DNA of 64,000 nucleotides from IMG/VR virus record IMGVR_UViG_3300029947_000227. The stretch is one strand, 5' to 3'. This document shows, one piece after another, positions 40,601 through 49,394 of this stretch. Numbering within the stretch: the first letter of the stretch is position 1; each line of letters begins with the position of its first letter. The position numbers were made by a program, and so were the translations under genes. The notes beneath the pieces were generated by a model. It saw nothing but the letters and a program-made list of their open reading frames with translations. It was not told the origin of the DNA and searched no databases. The DNA is from an uncultured virus (IMG/VR IMGVR_UViG_3300029947_000227) (taxonomy: Duplodnaviria; Heunggongvirae; Uroviricota; Caudoviricetes).

Positions 40601-41693
40601 CCGTCTGGTCCGCGTTGGCTGCGGTTTCGGCGAGTTTGTTCAGATCGTGTTTGCCGGCCACCTGGTCGGCTTGGTCGGCTTTCTTCTGCGCCTCGGCCTG
40701 TTTGGCGTCGGCTTTCCGCTGCGCCTCGGCTTTCTTGTGCGCGTCCGCGGCCGTCTGGTCGGCGTTGGCTTGCGCATCTTTGACGGCGGCTTCGGTTTTG
40801 GCCGCGTCGGCCTTGGCTTTGTCGAGATTGTTTTTGACGGTCGGGTCGGTGATCGTGGGACTGGTGGAGTCGACCGTGGCTTGCGCCTTGTTCACGTTCT
40901 TGTCGGCCTGGTTTTTGTTGGCGGTCGCCGTCGCCAGGTTGTCGGCCGCCGTCTGGTCCGCCTGGGCGGCGTTGTTCCGGTCGTCGGCCAGTTGGCTCAT
41001 GTTGTGAGACTGGGCTTTGGCCTGCGCGTCCGCCACGGTCTGGTCAGCCTGGTCGGCGTTCCGCTGCGCCTCGTCCGTGTTTCGCTGCGCTTTGTCCGTG
41101 TTTTTCTGCGCGTCGGCCTGCGCCTGGCTGGCCTGGTCGGCGGCTTGTGCGGCCTGCTGCCGGTTTTTCCCTGCCTGCGCCTGCATGGCCTGCTGGTCTT
41201 TCAGGCTGGTTTGCGCGTCCGCCACAGTCTGGTTGGCCTGGTCGGCTTTCCTCTGCGCGTCCGCCGCAACCTGGTCGGCCCGGGTTTTGTTGGCCGTGGC
41301 CTGGGTTTTGTTCTTGTCGGCCCGGGTTTTCGACTGGTTGGCCTTGTCGACGGCCGTTTGGGCGGCGGTTTCGGTTTGCTTGGCTTGGGTTTGCTGTTTG
41401 GCTGCCTCGTCGACGGCCTTGGCTGCCGCGTCGGCTTGTTGCTTGGCTTTCTCGTCGGCGGCCTTGGCCTGCTCCAACGCTTTCTTCTGATCGGCGAGCT
41501 GGTTTCTCTTCTGTTCGAGCGCGGTTTTCGCATCCTGGCTGACGGCCCCGTCCGACGCGGACTGCACTGCCTTGGACGCGTTGTCGGCCGACTGGTCGGC
41601 GGCGATCTGGTCGGATGCCATGGCCGGTGCGGTTGGCGCCAGCGAGGCGGCCGCGACGATGATCGCCATGGATGTTTTCGTGGATTTTCTCAT
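37680..41693 (-). CDS. sortase-anchored coiled-coil surface protein with central CAP/SCP domain
   Basis: signal peptide; Ala/Gln/Lys heptads; GNQLRKSLGLP, QNLAW, WYEVEK, GHYMN; LAHTG + TM. Confidence 0.9.
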   Translation of the reverse strand: MRKSTKTSMAIIVAAASLAPTAPAMASDQIAADQSADNASKAVQSASDGAVSQDAKTALEQKRNQLADQKKALEQAKAADEKAKQQADAAAKAVDEAAKQQTQAKQTETAAQTAVDKANQSKTRADKNKTQATANKTRADQVAADAQRKADQANQTVADAQTSLKDQQAMQAQAGKNRQQAAQAADQASQAQADAQKNTDKAQRNTDEAQRNADQADQTVADAQAKAQSHNMSQLADDRNNAAQADQTAADNLATATANKNQADKNVNKAQATVDSTSPTITDPTVKNNLDKAKADAAKTEAAVKDAQANADQTAADAHKKAEAQRKADAKQAEAQKKADQADQVAGKHDLNKLAETAANADQTAKDAQEKANQAKQAEQAAKSNADQAAQASDPDRLAAAQTAAENAQAKANASKTAAEAAGKLADETAQTAADKTAAANQANQAATEAQTAAKDAQAKANQAKTAYDQAVAANQNTAEAKTTLDKANADLKTAQANRAAAEQTAAKAATAKADADAALKAAQANAAALRLLADQANSGEANSSYGFFKDKGQTELAERLKNNLTTAGIDLNDQDAATSLDNMLKALDVIDTGNQLRKSLGLPEWKVDDTETMLAQLGSGWGTTHGSHMPGSYDGSQNLAWAVDNPYVPWYEVEKKTYDQAVAEDPSLKNLTAYEMYVKHRDLYMKVGHYMNFMEPTQVTGVGYSTKGLGGVTIAQDMSASHTGQQSYTTDEYRQQIKAYQQKLAQAADNYDKALKAVEDAQAKADKAAATLANATQALSDAKTTLTNAKTRQSDAQRAYDNAITNTVGGEQLNQLETTWRNTQTNADNLTAKAGEADRQATSAQQAAQDAQAKAKDAQTTYQQAQQTAQTAAQTAQTTQAEANRLAKLAAEADRLKTIWQTAQKEADQAQTAAQTAAQASSQAHAQLDQATKDVANAQAAHATLEAATKATQTAQANAQQASQANSQAQTRLTEARTANSRAQATLTAAQKAYDEAGTKDNPAWQEALAKLNEAKQAAAQAQTKWVEAASEKARTSSTLAQADKALAQANADLAAAANAKQAAAQAHTTLNEATSALDQANAALDKANADATSKANALNEANTKFNEATKAVAQAQTKLDQATGDKTAAENELAQAKQAQTEAQTLLEKATREAAEAQTTLDKATSALDKARETVTQANSTLANALAAKTQADQTKETTGQQVETATQTVAATQTEVDKLAQQAAIEQALKNKEQADQNVANAQTTVSKAEQQATQAEAQANNANIALADAQTAGRTVLNGGTTDTTDGHATAGHATVTRGALAHTGVDLTAAVIIASTMAAIGMAGVTIANRRH

Positions 41694-41790
41694 GTGTCTC
41701 CTTCTTCTCGGGGTTGGTGTCGGGATGACGGTCGTGTTATGCGTCGGCTCCCAACGAACTCCGGGGCGGAGACATTCCCTCGGTGAACGT

Positions 41791-41828
41791 GTCGCCCCCC
41801 CGCCGTTTGCAAACGGCGGGGGGGCGAC
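41791..41828. terminator. perfect 38-bp palindrome, probable terminator of the DivIVA-like gene
   Basis: GTCGCCCCCCCGCCGTTTG/CAAACGGCGGGGGGGCGAC. Confidence 0.65.
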
Positions 41829-41850
41829 GAGGAAGGATGTGACGTGCAGG

Positions 41851-42642
41851 TCAGCTGATGTCGCCCATGAGCGCGGTCAGCGTGGCCTTCGCCTTCGCTT
41901 TGACTTCGCTGGCCTGGCGGCGAGCCTGCTCCAACAGGTCGTCGGCCTCGCGTTTCGCCTGCTCCAGGGTGGCTGCGGCTTCGCGATGCTTCGCTTCGGC
42001 TTCGTCGGCGCGCTGCCTGGCCGTGGCTTCGCGTTGGGAGGCACGGTCGTTGGCTTTGGCGATGATGTCGCGGGCCTGCGTGTCAGCCGCCTCGATTTGC
42101 GCTTTGACCTCCTTGCGGGCCGTTTCGACTTCCTTACGTGCGGCGTCAAGCTGCGCCGCGGCCTTGTCGGCGGCCTTGTCGGTGATGGTTTTCGCTTTCA
42201 TGGTGGCTTCGTCGACGATTTTCCGCGCGTTCTCCCGGGCCGTCTGTTCGACTTTGCCGGCGGCCTGGCGGGCACGGTCGAACAGGTCGCCCGCCTCGTC
42301 GGCCTGCCGGCCGATCGCCTTCCACGGGTTCTGCGCTTCGGCCCTAAGCGCCTTGACCTCCTCCTCGGCTGTGGCGGCCCGCTGCTCGGCGGCCCCCCGC
42401 GCGGCGGTCACCTGGTCGAGGGTCTGGCGCAATGATTCAACCTGTGTTTCGACGTCCCCGACGCGTTTGTCCGCATCGGCGCCAGCGGCGTTCAACCGGG
42501 TGGTCAACTGTCCGATCTGGTTGCGGTAGTCGTTGATGATGCCGTCGACGATGTCGCTCTGATAGCCGCCGAAACGGACGGTGGGGATTTGCGGGGCTGG
42601 GGGTAGGGGGATGATCTCCCCGCTGGATACGGTACGGGTCAT
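41851..42642 (-). CDS. DivIVA-domain coiled-coil protein
   Basis: PTVRFGGYQSDIVD followed by long coiled coil; SD AAAGGAG. Confidence 0.7.
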   Translation of the reverse strand: MTRTVSSGEIIPLPPAPQIPTVRFGGYQSDIVDGIINDYRNQIGQLTTRLNAAGADADKRVGDVETQVESLRQTLDQVTAARGAAEQRAATAEEEVKALRAEAQNPWKAIGRQADEAGDLFDRARQAAGKVEQTARENARKIVDEATMKAKTITDKAADKAAAQLDAARKEVETARKEVKAQIEAADTQARDIIAKANDRASQREATARQRADEAEAKHREAAATLEQAKREADDLLEQARRQASEVKAKAKATLTALMGDIS

Positions 42643-42694
42643 GTTGGATGGCTCCTTTCTCTGTGGGGTTGACGATGGGTATGCGTCCCCCAGG

Positions 42695-43306
42695 TCAGGC
42701 CGTGACGTCGAACCGCCCGGTCTCCCCTCCCCGCACGGTGATGCCCGCTTTGAGCAGGCCGATGATGAGGGCGGCCATCTGGGATGTCCCCGTGTCGAGC
42801 ACGTTCGCGGCGGCCGCATGCCGTCCGGCCGTTTCAACGTCCCCGGCCAGCCAGGCGAGGAACGCGCGGAACGCCCACAGGTTCGCGTCGGCCATGCGCC
42901 CCTCGGGGTCCACGCCCGTGAGGGCGGCGAGATCACCGTCGAGGGCTGTCAGGAGCGTCGGGTCGGCGGGATGGTTGACTCCCCTCCACACCATGCGTGA
43001 CGTCAATGATTCGGTGAGGATGTAATGGTCGTCCCTGTTGAGGCCGAGGGTCCGGCTGTCCGGATCCCCGTTGTACACGGTCGTCAACTGCTCGTGTGTG
43101 GCGTCGGGGTTCAGGACGGCCAGCATGGCCGCGTCGACGAACTGTTCGTCCGTGCGGAACGCTTTGAGGAGGAGCCGCACGGTTTCACGGTTCATGTATC
43201 GTTTGTCGCCGCGCGACCCGTCGTGGATGCGCTGCTCCCATTCGATGAGCGCCTGCTCGCCTTCCTTGGGAACAGCGCGGAACGTGGTGGTGTCGAAACT
43301 TTCCAT
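42695..43306 (-). CDS. hypothetical protein, DUF4192-like C-terminus
   Basis: AFLAWLAGD...A...A....S.MA.LI..LL.AG pattern; SD AAGGAG. Confidence 0.6.
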   Translation of the reverse strand: MESFDTTTFRAVPKEGEQALIEWEQRIHDGSRGDKRYMNRETVRLLLKAFRTDEQFVDAAMLAVLNPDATHEQLTTVYNGDPDSRTLGLNRDDHYILTESLTSRMVWRGVNHPADPTLLTALDGDLAALTGVDPEGRMADANLWAFRAFLAWLAGDVETAGRHAAAANVLDTGTSQMAALIIGLLKAGITVRGGETGRFDVTA

Positions 43307-43369
43307 GATTGTTTTCTCCTTTGCTGTCGCCCGCATGTCATGCGTCACGCGCGGGCATAGTCGCGAACC

Positions 43370-43834
43370 ATGATCGAAACCATCGCCTCCTGGCCTCTGC
43401 TGCCTCTCGTCCCGTCCCTTGCCGCCGCCGTGGCGGCCGGTCTTGCCGCCGTGCACGTCCTGTCCGCCGTCCGCGCTTTGAAGGCGGACAGCGTGCCACG
43501 CACCGCCCTGTCCACGAGCGCCGCCACCCTCGCCGTGTTCGCCATAGCGTTCGCGATCGTCTCCCTGTCGGACCTGTCCGGCGGGCACGCCTGGTCGGCG
43601 GCCGTGTGGGCTTTGGCCGCGTGGATTCTGCTCGCCGTTTCCCTGACGGCGCTCCCGTTGCGTGAACGTCGCCCGCGTCGTGCGCGACGGGCCGCGCCGC
43701 GCACGACGGAACGGCGACCGTCGCCCCCCGCGACCGTCGCCGACTCCACGGCGACGGTCGCATCCCACGTGCCGGCCGCGACCTCACCGACATTCCCCGT
43801 GTCGGATGGCGTGACGCCCACGAGAATCGTCTGA
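43370..43834 (+). CDS. membrane protein (3 TM)
   Basis: hydrophobic; GGCATAG 11 nt upstream. Confidence 0.65.
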   Translation: MIETIASWPLLPLVPSLAAAVAAGLAAVHVLSAVRALKADSVPRTALSTSAATLAVFAIAFAIVSLSDLSGGHAWSAAVWALAAWILLAVSLTALPLRERRPRRARRAAPRTTERRPSPPATVADSTATVASHVPAATSPTFPVSDGVTPTRIV

Positions 43835-43837
43835 CCC

Positions 43838-44899
43838 ATGCCCCGTCACGCCGCGACACTACCCGACACGCGGGCCGCGTTGCATATCCTCGACCTGCTT
43901 GGATCCCTGGCCGCCCTGCTCGCCCTCCTGCTGGGCGTGCAGATCACCTGGCAGTACTGGGGTTCCGGCCTGGACGTCACCTACCGTAACGAGACCGTCA
44001 GCCGGACCCTCGGGTTTTCCGAACCGGCCTCCAACGCGGACGGGAGCGAGATGATCGCCCCCGCGGAAACGTCCGACCCGCCCGTCGTGTCGGCCGGCGC
44101 ATACCGGGAGGGCGACGTGATGGGGTGGATGTACATTCCCGCGCTTGACAAAAACTGGAAGCGCGCCATCCAGGAGGGCGTCGGCGACGACGTGCTCAAC
44201 AATCTCGGGGTTGGCCACTATCCGAACACCGCCATGCCGGGGGCGCGCGGCAACACGGCGTACGCGGGGCATCGCACGCCCAGCGACCTCGGCTACGCGG
44301 ACCGGCTCCGCGCGGGCGACGCGATCATCATCCGCACGGAGAACGCTTGGATCGTCTACAAGGTGTCCCGCCTGTGGGTCGTGCCCGGCACCGACGGGTC
44401 TGTCCTCGCGCAAACCTCGGATCGTGAGCTCACATTGACGACATGCGATCCGATGCTCACGGTCGGGCATGCGCGAAACCGTCTGATCATCCGCGCCGAA
44501 TACGATCATTGGGCCGACCCGGCGAAGGGCGTGCCCGCGGAACTGGCCGACGACACCGGTTCAACCGGGACGGCGGGCACAATAGTGCGACGCGTGGAGC
44601 GGGACGTCAACCGGGTCGCCCGATCCACGCCCGTCACGCCGGTGCTTGCCATGACGTCGACGCTGATGTGGGTGATTATGGCCGGTTTGGCGGCGTTGTT
44701 GTGCCGCGGGAAACCGTTCAAAGGGTCATGGAATCTGCTGACGTTGGTGTGGAGGTGTCAGCGTGGCCCGCTCGTGGTGCGCGTGGTGGAGCTTGCCCTG
44801 TTTGCCATGGCCGTGGTGTTCGCCATGTGGGCTTGGGTGTGTCCGTGGCTGGCGGACACGGTGCCGTGGCTGGCGACCCCGCATCCGACCGTCGCGTAA
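43838..44899 (+). CDS. class E sortase with C-terminal TM segments
   Basis: GHYP.TAMPG, AYAGHR, LTLTTCDP, RLII. Confidence 0.9.
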   Translation: MPRHAATLPDTRAALHILDLLGSLAALLALLLGVQITWQYWGSGLDVTYRNETVSRTLGFSEPASNADGSEMIAPAETSDPPVVSAGAYREGDVMGWMYIPALDKNWKRAIQEGVGDDVLNNLGVGHYPNTAMPGARGNTAYAGHRTPSDLGYADRLRAGDAIIIRTENAWIVYKVSRLWVVPGTDGSVLAQTSDRELTLTTCDPMLTVGHARNRLIIRAEYDHWADPAKGVPAELADDTGSTGTAGTIVRRVERDVNRVARSTPVTPVLAMTSTLMWVIMAGLAALLCRGKPFKGSWNLLTLVWRCQRGPLVVRVVELALFAMAVVFAMWAWVCPWLADTVPWLATPHPTVA

Positions 44900-44911
44900 A
44901 AAAAGGCTCTG

Positions 44912-45100
44912 TTAAACCAAATTTGACATGACCGAATAAATACCCGTCGAACAGGGAGTGCAGGGTGTTGACGCGGTTGATGGCATGGTCATCGGCCTTG
45001 GTGCGAGTGAATACGACGCCCAGTGCCTCCATCGCGCCGGGATAGGCTGCCGCCTGATCGGCGCTGGCGAAGGCGCCACGCGCGATCCTGCCGTCCAATG
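44912..45100 (-). pseudogene. IS1595 transposase C-terminal fragment
   Basis: SADQAAAY...HAINRVNTLHSLF. Confidence 0.7.
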
Positions 45101-45209
45101 CGGCCGGACGCGCGGATGGCTGCCGGAGACAATCGACCGGTGGAACGCGGCGAGACCGGGGCGTGGCGTCGGCGGAGGACGGCCGCGCAAGCGCAGTAAC
45201 GACGATTAA
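45100..45209 (+). pseudogene. C-terminal fragment of an actinobacterial AlpA-like regulator
   Basis: GRTRGWLPETIDRWNAARPGRGVGGGRPRK. Confidence 0.55.
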
Positions 45210-45271
45210 CGCAGAAAAGGCCTCTTCGCCCAGAATATTCTCCGGACGAAGAGGCCATATTGCAAAACAGG

Positions 45272-45850
45272 TCAAATCAGATCCGTGAGCATTTGGACGA
45301 CATCATGATTAATCTCGTAGATCTCCGAATCATTCCGCATGTCATCCAACGTCATCCAACGACAACGCTTCGACCCGACAACGAACTCGCCGTCCCTGCG
45401 CCATGATTCAGGCGCAACGGAAACCGTAGCCATATACAGCCTGTAATCGTAAGTGCGCTCCTCATTATGAGCCGTGGACCATTTCGTACTCGTGGTGGTA
45501 CCCACAAAGCAAAGCGAAAAATCAGACTCCGGGATCTTAAACTCTGTCGCGAGGTATTCAGACACCTTGGCCTTGTCCTCGGAATACGAGTCAAATGACC
45601 TGTGGTTCGGCAGGAACCAGCATTCCCACTGTTCGTTATAGTAGGTGAGGTACCTGTTGGACAGTTTTTCACCATCCCTGACCGCGATAAGAGAGCTAGG
45701 CCGTCTGTTCATCGTTTCGATTTCCTTATAGAGTTTCGACGCGCTAAACCTCTTGGCAGCCAGCGCGGCTATACCAATACCAATGATGATAGCGCCGAGA
45801 ACGGTGAGACGGTCCCTCGCCTTGACGCCGTTCAGATCCTCGTCCCATTC
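45272..45850 (-). pseudogene. lower-GC passenger gene, TM + possible NUDIX-like domain, probably 5'-truncated (intact ORF 45272-45712)
   Basis: in-frame upstream TM (LTVLGAIIIGIGIAALAA) with no start before a stop; YYNEQWECWFLPN...RWMTLDDM. Confidence 0.55.
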
Positions 45851-45944
45851 GCTCGATCAATGACTTTCTGGTATGGCAGTCCGTTGGGTGCCAAGTCGGG
45901 GCAGTCGGCGTGCGTCGTGCCGGGAATCTCCCGGTGCAGCCATA

Positions 45945-46143
45945 TGTTGCCGTCGCGGTCGCGGCCTTTGCGCACCGCTGTGGCGGAACCGCAACGCGGG
46001 CAAGCGGCCCCATCCGCCGAAGCGGGGCGGGATCGAAGGTAGGCGTCCTCGTAGATGACCTCGCGCAACGATTCGATGGCCCGCCGTCGCTCCAATGTGT
46101 CCATGCCATCCAATCGGCGGCGGATTTCGTCGATGAAACCCAT
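45945..46143 (-). pseudogene. IS1595 transposase N-terminal fragment
   Basis: CPRCGS..VRKG zinc ribbon, truncated; SD GGAGG. Confidence 0.75.
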
Positions 46144-46220
46144 GTCCACCACCTCCCATCTGTAGTCTCAGTGCAACTACAGTAGTGGACATGTCATATC
46201 AACTCTGGTTTAACAGAGCC

Positions 46221-46257
46221 AAAAAAAAGGGGGGCGTCCCGTTTGGGACGCCCCCCT
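46221..46257 (-). terminator. intrinsic terminator
   Basis: A8 + GGGGGGCGTCCC/GGGACGCCCCCC. Confidence 0.75.
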
Positions 46258-46273
46258 GTCATGTTTGAAGGGG

Positions 46274-49078
46274 TTAGCGGTTGCGGCGGCGGGCCACTTC
46301 GACGCCTCCCAGTCCGAGGGTCAGGGCGGCGAGGGTGATGAGCGCCGGGCGGGTGATGTCGGCGCCGGTGTGGGCCAACGCCCCGGTGGAGTCGCCGTTG
46401 GACGCGGTGCCGGAGGCTGCGGTGTCGTTGGTTGAGCCAGTGCCGGCGTCAGAGGTCTTGTCGTACGCCTGTTGGATCGCATCCTGTTCACGCTGCGACT
46501 GGTCGTATTCGCTCTGCGCCTGATCGTAAGCCTGCTGCGCCTTGTCGAGTGCGGTGCGAGTCTGCTCAGCACGCGCCTTGGCCTCCTCGAGTTTGGCTTT
46601 GGCGGCGTCCACACCCGGCTGCGCTTCCTTGACGGCCTGATCGTAAGCCTGCTGGGCGGCGGCAAGCTCCTGCCGTGCGGTTTCGTCGGCCTTCTTCGCG
46701 TTTTCCAACGCGGCGGCGGCGGTCTGCGCGTCCGTTTCAGCGGACTGGCGGGTCTTCACGGCGGCCTGGTAGGAGGTTTGGGCGGCGGTCAGCGCGTTGA
46801 TCGCACTGGTGAGCTCGTCCTTCGCCTTGTTGGCGGCGTCCACGTCGGCCTGCGCGTCCGACAGGGCCTGAGACGCCTTGTCGTGGGCCGTGGTCGCGTC
46901 GGACAGGGTCTTGTTGGCCTCGTCGAGCATGGTCTTCGCCTCACTGGCCTTGGCCTGCGCGTCCGACAGGGTTTTCTGCGCGTCGGCGAGAGCCTGCGCC
47001 GCGTTCTTCAGATCGTCAACGTGCTGGCGTGCCTCGCTGGCGGCATCCTGGGCCTGTTTGTATGCTACCTGCGCGGTTTCAAGGGTCTTGGCGGCCTCGT
47101 CGGCGGCGGCGGACGCCTGCGTGTACCGGTCGGACGCCTGCTTGGCGGCGGTTTCGGCTTCGGTCTGAGTGTTGGCAGTCTCGTCGGCCTTCTGCTTCAG
47201 ATCCTTGAGCGTGCCGTTCGCCTCGCTGGCGGCCTGTTCGGCGGCCTTCAACGCGGCCTGCGCGTTCGACTGGGCGGTGAGCTTCTGCTTCAAGGTCGCC
47301 TGCGTGGAGGTCACGCGCCCGGCAGCCTCGGTTTGCGCGGTCTTCGCCTGGTCGGCCTTCTGCTGGGCGGCGTCGAGAGCCTTCAACGCGGCCTGATAGT
47401 TCGCGGACGCGTTCTCGATCTTCGCACGATACGCTTTGATGCGGGCGCGATACTGGTCGGTCGTGTACCCGCCGGTCCCGGACTGGTAGTTCTGGGTCCA
47501 GGCGCCACCGAGAGCACCGCTCATGCCGGTCAGCGTGGCGGACGGGTCGACGAAGTTGATGTAGTGGCCGGCGTTGGCGTAATCGCCCTCATCATAGTTC
47601 ACCTTCTCCTGCGTGTACCAGAGGTCATAGGGGTTTTTCGCCAAGGCGAAGTTCTGGGACGAGCCGTTGAGCAGATACCAGTGGGTGTTCCCGTCGATGT
47701 CCGTGTAGAGGTCCTTGTCGGTGGTCAACTGGGCGGCGGCGGTCAACGCGTCGTCAACCTTCAATTCCGGCAGGCCGAGCGACCGGCGGATCTCGTTGCC
47801 CTTGTCGATCATGTCGAGCGCGGCGAGCATGTTGTCCAAGCTTGTGGCGGACCCCGAGTCGCCGACCTTGTTGCCGGCGTCACCGATATGCTTCTTCAAA
47901 AAATCGTAAACGGTCTGACCCTGATAGTCGTAGCTGATGACACTGTTCGCATCCTTGAAGAATCCGAGCGAACTGTTCGCCTCCGCACTGTCCGACTCGT
48001 CGGCCAAAGCCTTCGCATCCTCAACCGTTTTCTTCGCGGCCTGAAGCGCCTGATTCGCTTCCTCGGCGGCCTTGTCCGCGGCGGCCTTGTCGGCGTTCGC
48101 CTGGTCGGCGGCCTCCTGCGCGGCCTTCGCGTCCGCGTCGGCGGCGTCCTTGGCCTTGCGGGCCGCCTCCACGTCGGAGGAGGATGCGGCCAGAGCCTTG
48201 TCGTAGGCGGCGCGCGCCTCGTCGGCCTTCGCCTTCGCGTCCTTCGCGGCCTGGTTCTTCGCCTCGGCGTCCTTCCTCGCGTCGGCGGCGGCCTGGTCCT
48301 TCGCCTCGGCGTCCGACTTGGCCGCGTCGACCGTATTCTTCGCGGTCTCGGTCTTCTTGTCCGCCTCGTCGGCCTTCGCCTCGGCGTTGGCGATGCCGTC
48401 GCCCTTTGCCTCCTCGGCGAGCGATTCAGCCTGCTTCACCCGGTCGGCAGCGTCGGACGCGTTCCGGTCGGCGTCGGACTTCGTCTTGCTGGCGGACTCC
48501 TGCGCCTCCTGGGCCTGATTCTGCTTGGCGGCGGCGGTCTGCTCGTCCTTCTTCAACTGGTTCATGTCATGCTTGGAGGCCGTCTGGCTGGCCGAGTCGC
48601 TGTTCTTCTGCGCCTCGTCCTTCGCGCTCTGCGCCTTGGACACGTTGTCCTTGGCGGCGGCCTCCGCCTTCTTCGACTCGTCGACCTTCGCCTTCGCGTC
48701 CGAATCGGCCTTCGCGGCTTCGGTCAGCTTCGCCTCGGCGGCGGTCAGAGCAGCCTGCTTCTCGTCGACGGTTTTCTTGGTGCTGGTGACCTTCTCGGTG
48801 TTCTGCGCCTTGGACACGTTGTCCTCAGCGGTCTTCACGTCGGACTGGGCCTTGTCGTCGGCGTCCTTGGCGACCTGGAGCGCCTTCTTCGCCTCGTCGA
48901 CCTTCTCCTGTCCGGCGGCGGTCGACGACTGGGTGGAGGCGACAGCCTTGGCGGCCTGGTCGACGGCCTCGTCGAGCTGACGGCCGGTGTCGTCGGCGGC
49001 GAATGCGGGCACGCCTCCCAAAGTAGCGCCCGCAGTCAGCGCGGTGGCGATCGCCGCGGCTTTGAAGTTCTTACGCAT
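46274..49078 (-). CDS. second sortase-anchored coiled-coil surface protein with CAP/SCP domain (paralog of 37680-41693)
   Basis: ATSLDNML.ALD.ID.GN..R.SLGLPE shared; WYTQEK, GHYIN; LAHTG. Confidence 0.9.
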   Translation of the reverse strand: MRKNFKAAAIATALTAGATLGGVPAFAADDTGRQLDEAVDQAAKAVASTQSSTAAGQEKVDEAKKALQVAKDADDKAQSDVKTAEDNVSKAQNTEKVTSTKKTVDEKQAALTAAEAKLTEAAKADSDAKAKVDESKKAEAAAKDNVSKAQSAKDEAQKNSDSASQTASKHDMNQLKKDEQTAAAKQNQAQEAQESASKTKSDADRNASDAADRVKQAESLAEEAKGDGIANAEAKADEADKKTETAKNTVDAAKSDAEAKDQAAADARKDAEAKNQAAKDAKAKADEARAAYDKALAASSSDVEAARKAKDAADADAKAAQEAADQANADKAAADKAAEEANQALQAAKKTVEDAKALADESDSAEANSSLGFFKDANSVISYDYQGQTVYDFLKKHIGDAGNKVGDSGSATSLDNMLAALDMIDKGNEIRRSLGLPELKVDDALTAAAQLTTDKDLYTDIDGNTHWYLLNGSSQNFALAKNPYDLWYTQEKVNYDEGDYANAGHYINFVDPSATLTGMSGALGGAWTQNYQSGTGGYTTDQYRARIKAYRAKIENASANYQAALKALDAAQQKADQAKTAQTEAAGRVTSTQATLKQKLTAQSNAQAALKAAEQAASEANGTLKDLKQKADETANTQTEAETAAKQASDRYTQASAAADEAAKTLETAQVAYKQAQDAASEARQHVDDLKNAAQALADAQKTLSDAQAKASEAKTMLDEANKTLSDATTAHDKASQALSDAQADVDAANKAKDELTSAINALTAAQTSYQAAVKTRQSAETDAQTAAAALENAKKADETARQELAAAQQAYDQAVKEAQPGVDAAKAKLEEAKARAEQTRTALDKAQQAYDQAQSEYDQSQREQDAIQQAYDKTSDAGTGSTNDTAASGTASNGDSTGALAHTGADITRPALITLAALTLGLGGVEVARRRNR

Positions 49079-49238
49079 GAGAAACGAACCTTTCTTCCGG
49101 ATTTGTCGTGACGCCATCGCTTATGCGTCCATGTCCATTCATCCCCTATACCAGTCACATCCCCGGTCGGGCAATCCACGGACCGGAACGTGGACGCATA
49201 AGCGAGACGCCATCCAGCCGCGTCAAGGAGCATGCCCC

Positions 49239-49394
49239 GTGAAAACCGTGATCACCGTACTCGTCGCCATCCTCACCGAAATCCTTCTCACCGTCACGGC
49301 GGACCTGCTGTTCGGCCCGTACGCAGGTGTCGCCGTGTGCGTGGTCGGCGCTCTCGCCCTGTCCGTGACGGCAGGTAGCGTGCTGGAATCATGA
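49239..49394 (+). CDS. small 2-TM protein
   Basis: motif at 49193, SD AAGGAG, GTG; ATGA overlap with next gene. Confidence 0.6.
   Translation: MKTVITVLVAILTEILLTVTADLLFGPYAGVAVCVVGALALSVTAGSVLES

Larger units (their letters stand above)
44905..46220 (-). mobile_element. non-autonomous IS1595-family element carrying passenger DNA
   Basis: perfect 15-bp TIRs GGCTCTGTTAAACCA / TGGTTTAACAGAGCC, flanked by A-runs; transposase N- and C-terminal fragments inside. Confidence 0.85.

Noticed and set aside
37518..49111. Long plus-strand ORFs opposite the coiled-coil genes (e.g. 40122-41786, 46472-49111)
   Set aside because: Antisense shadows of GC-rich Ala-rich genes
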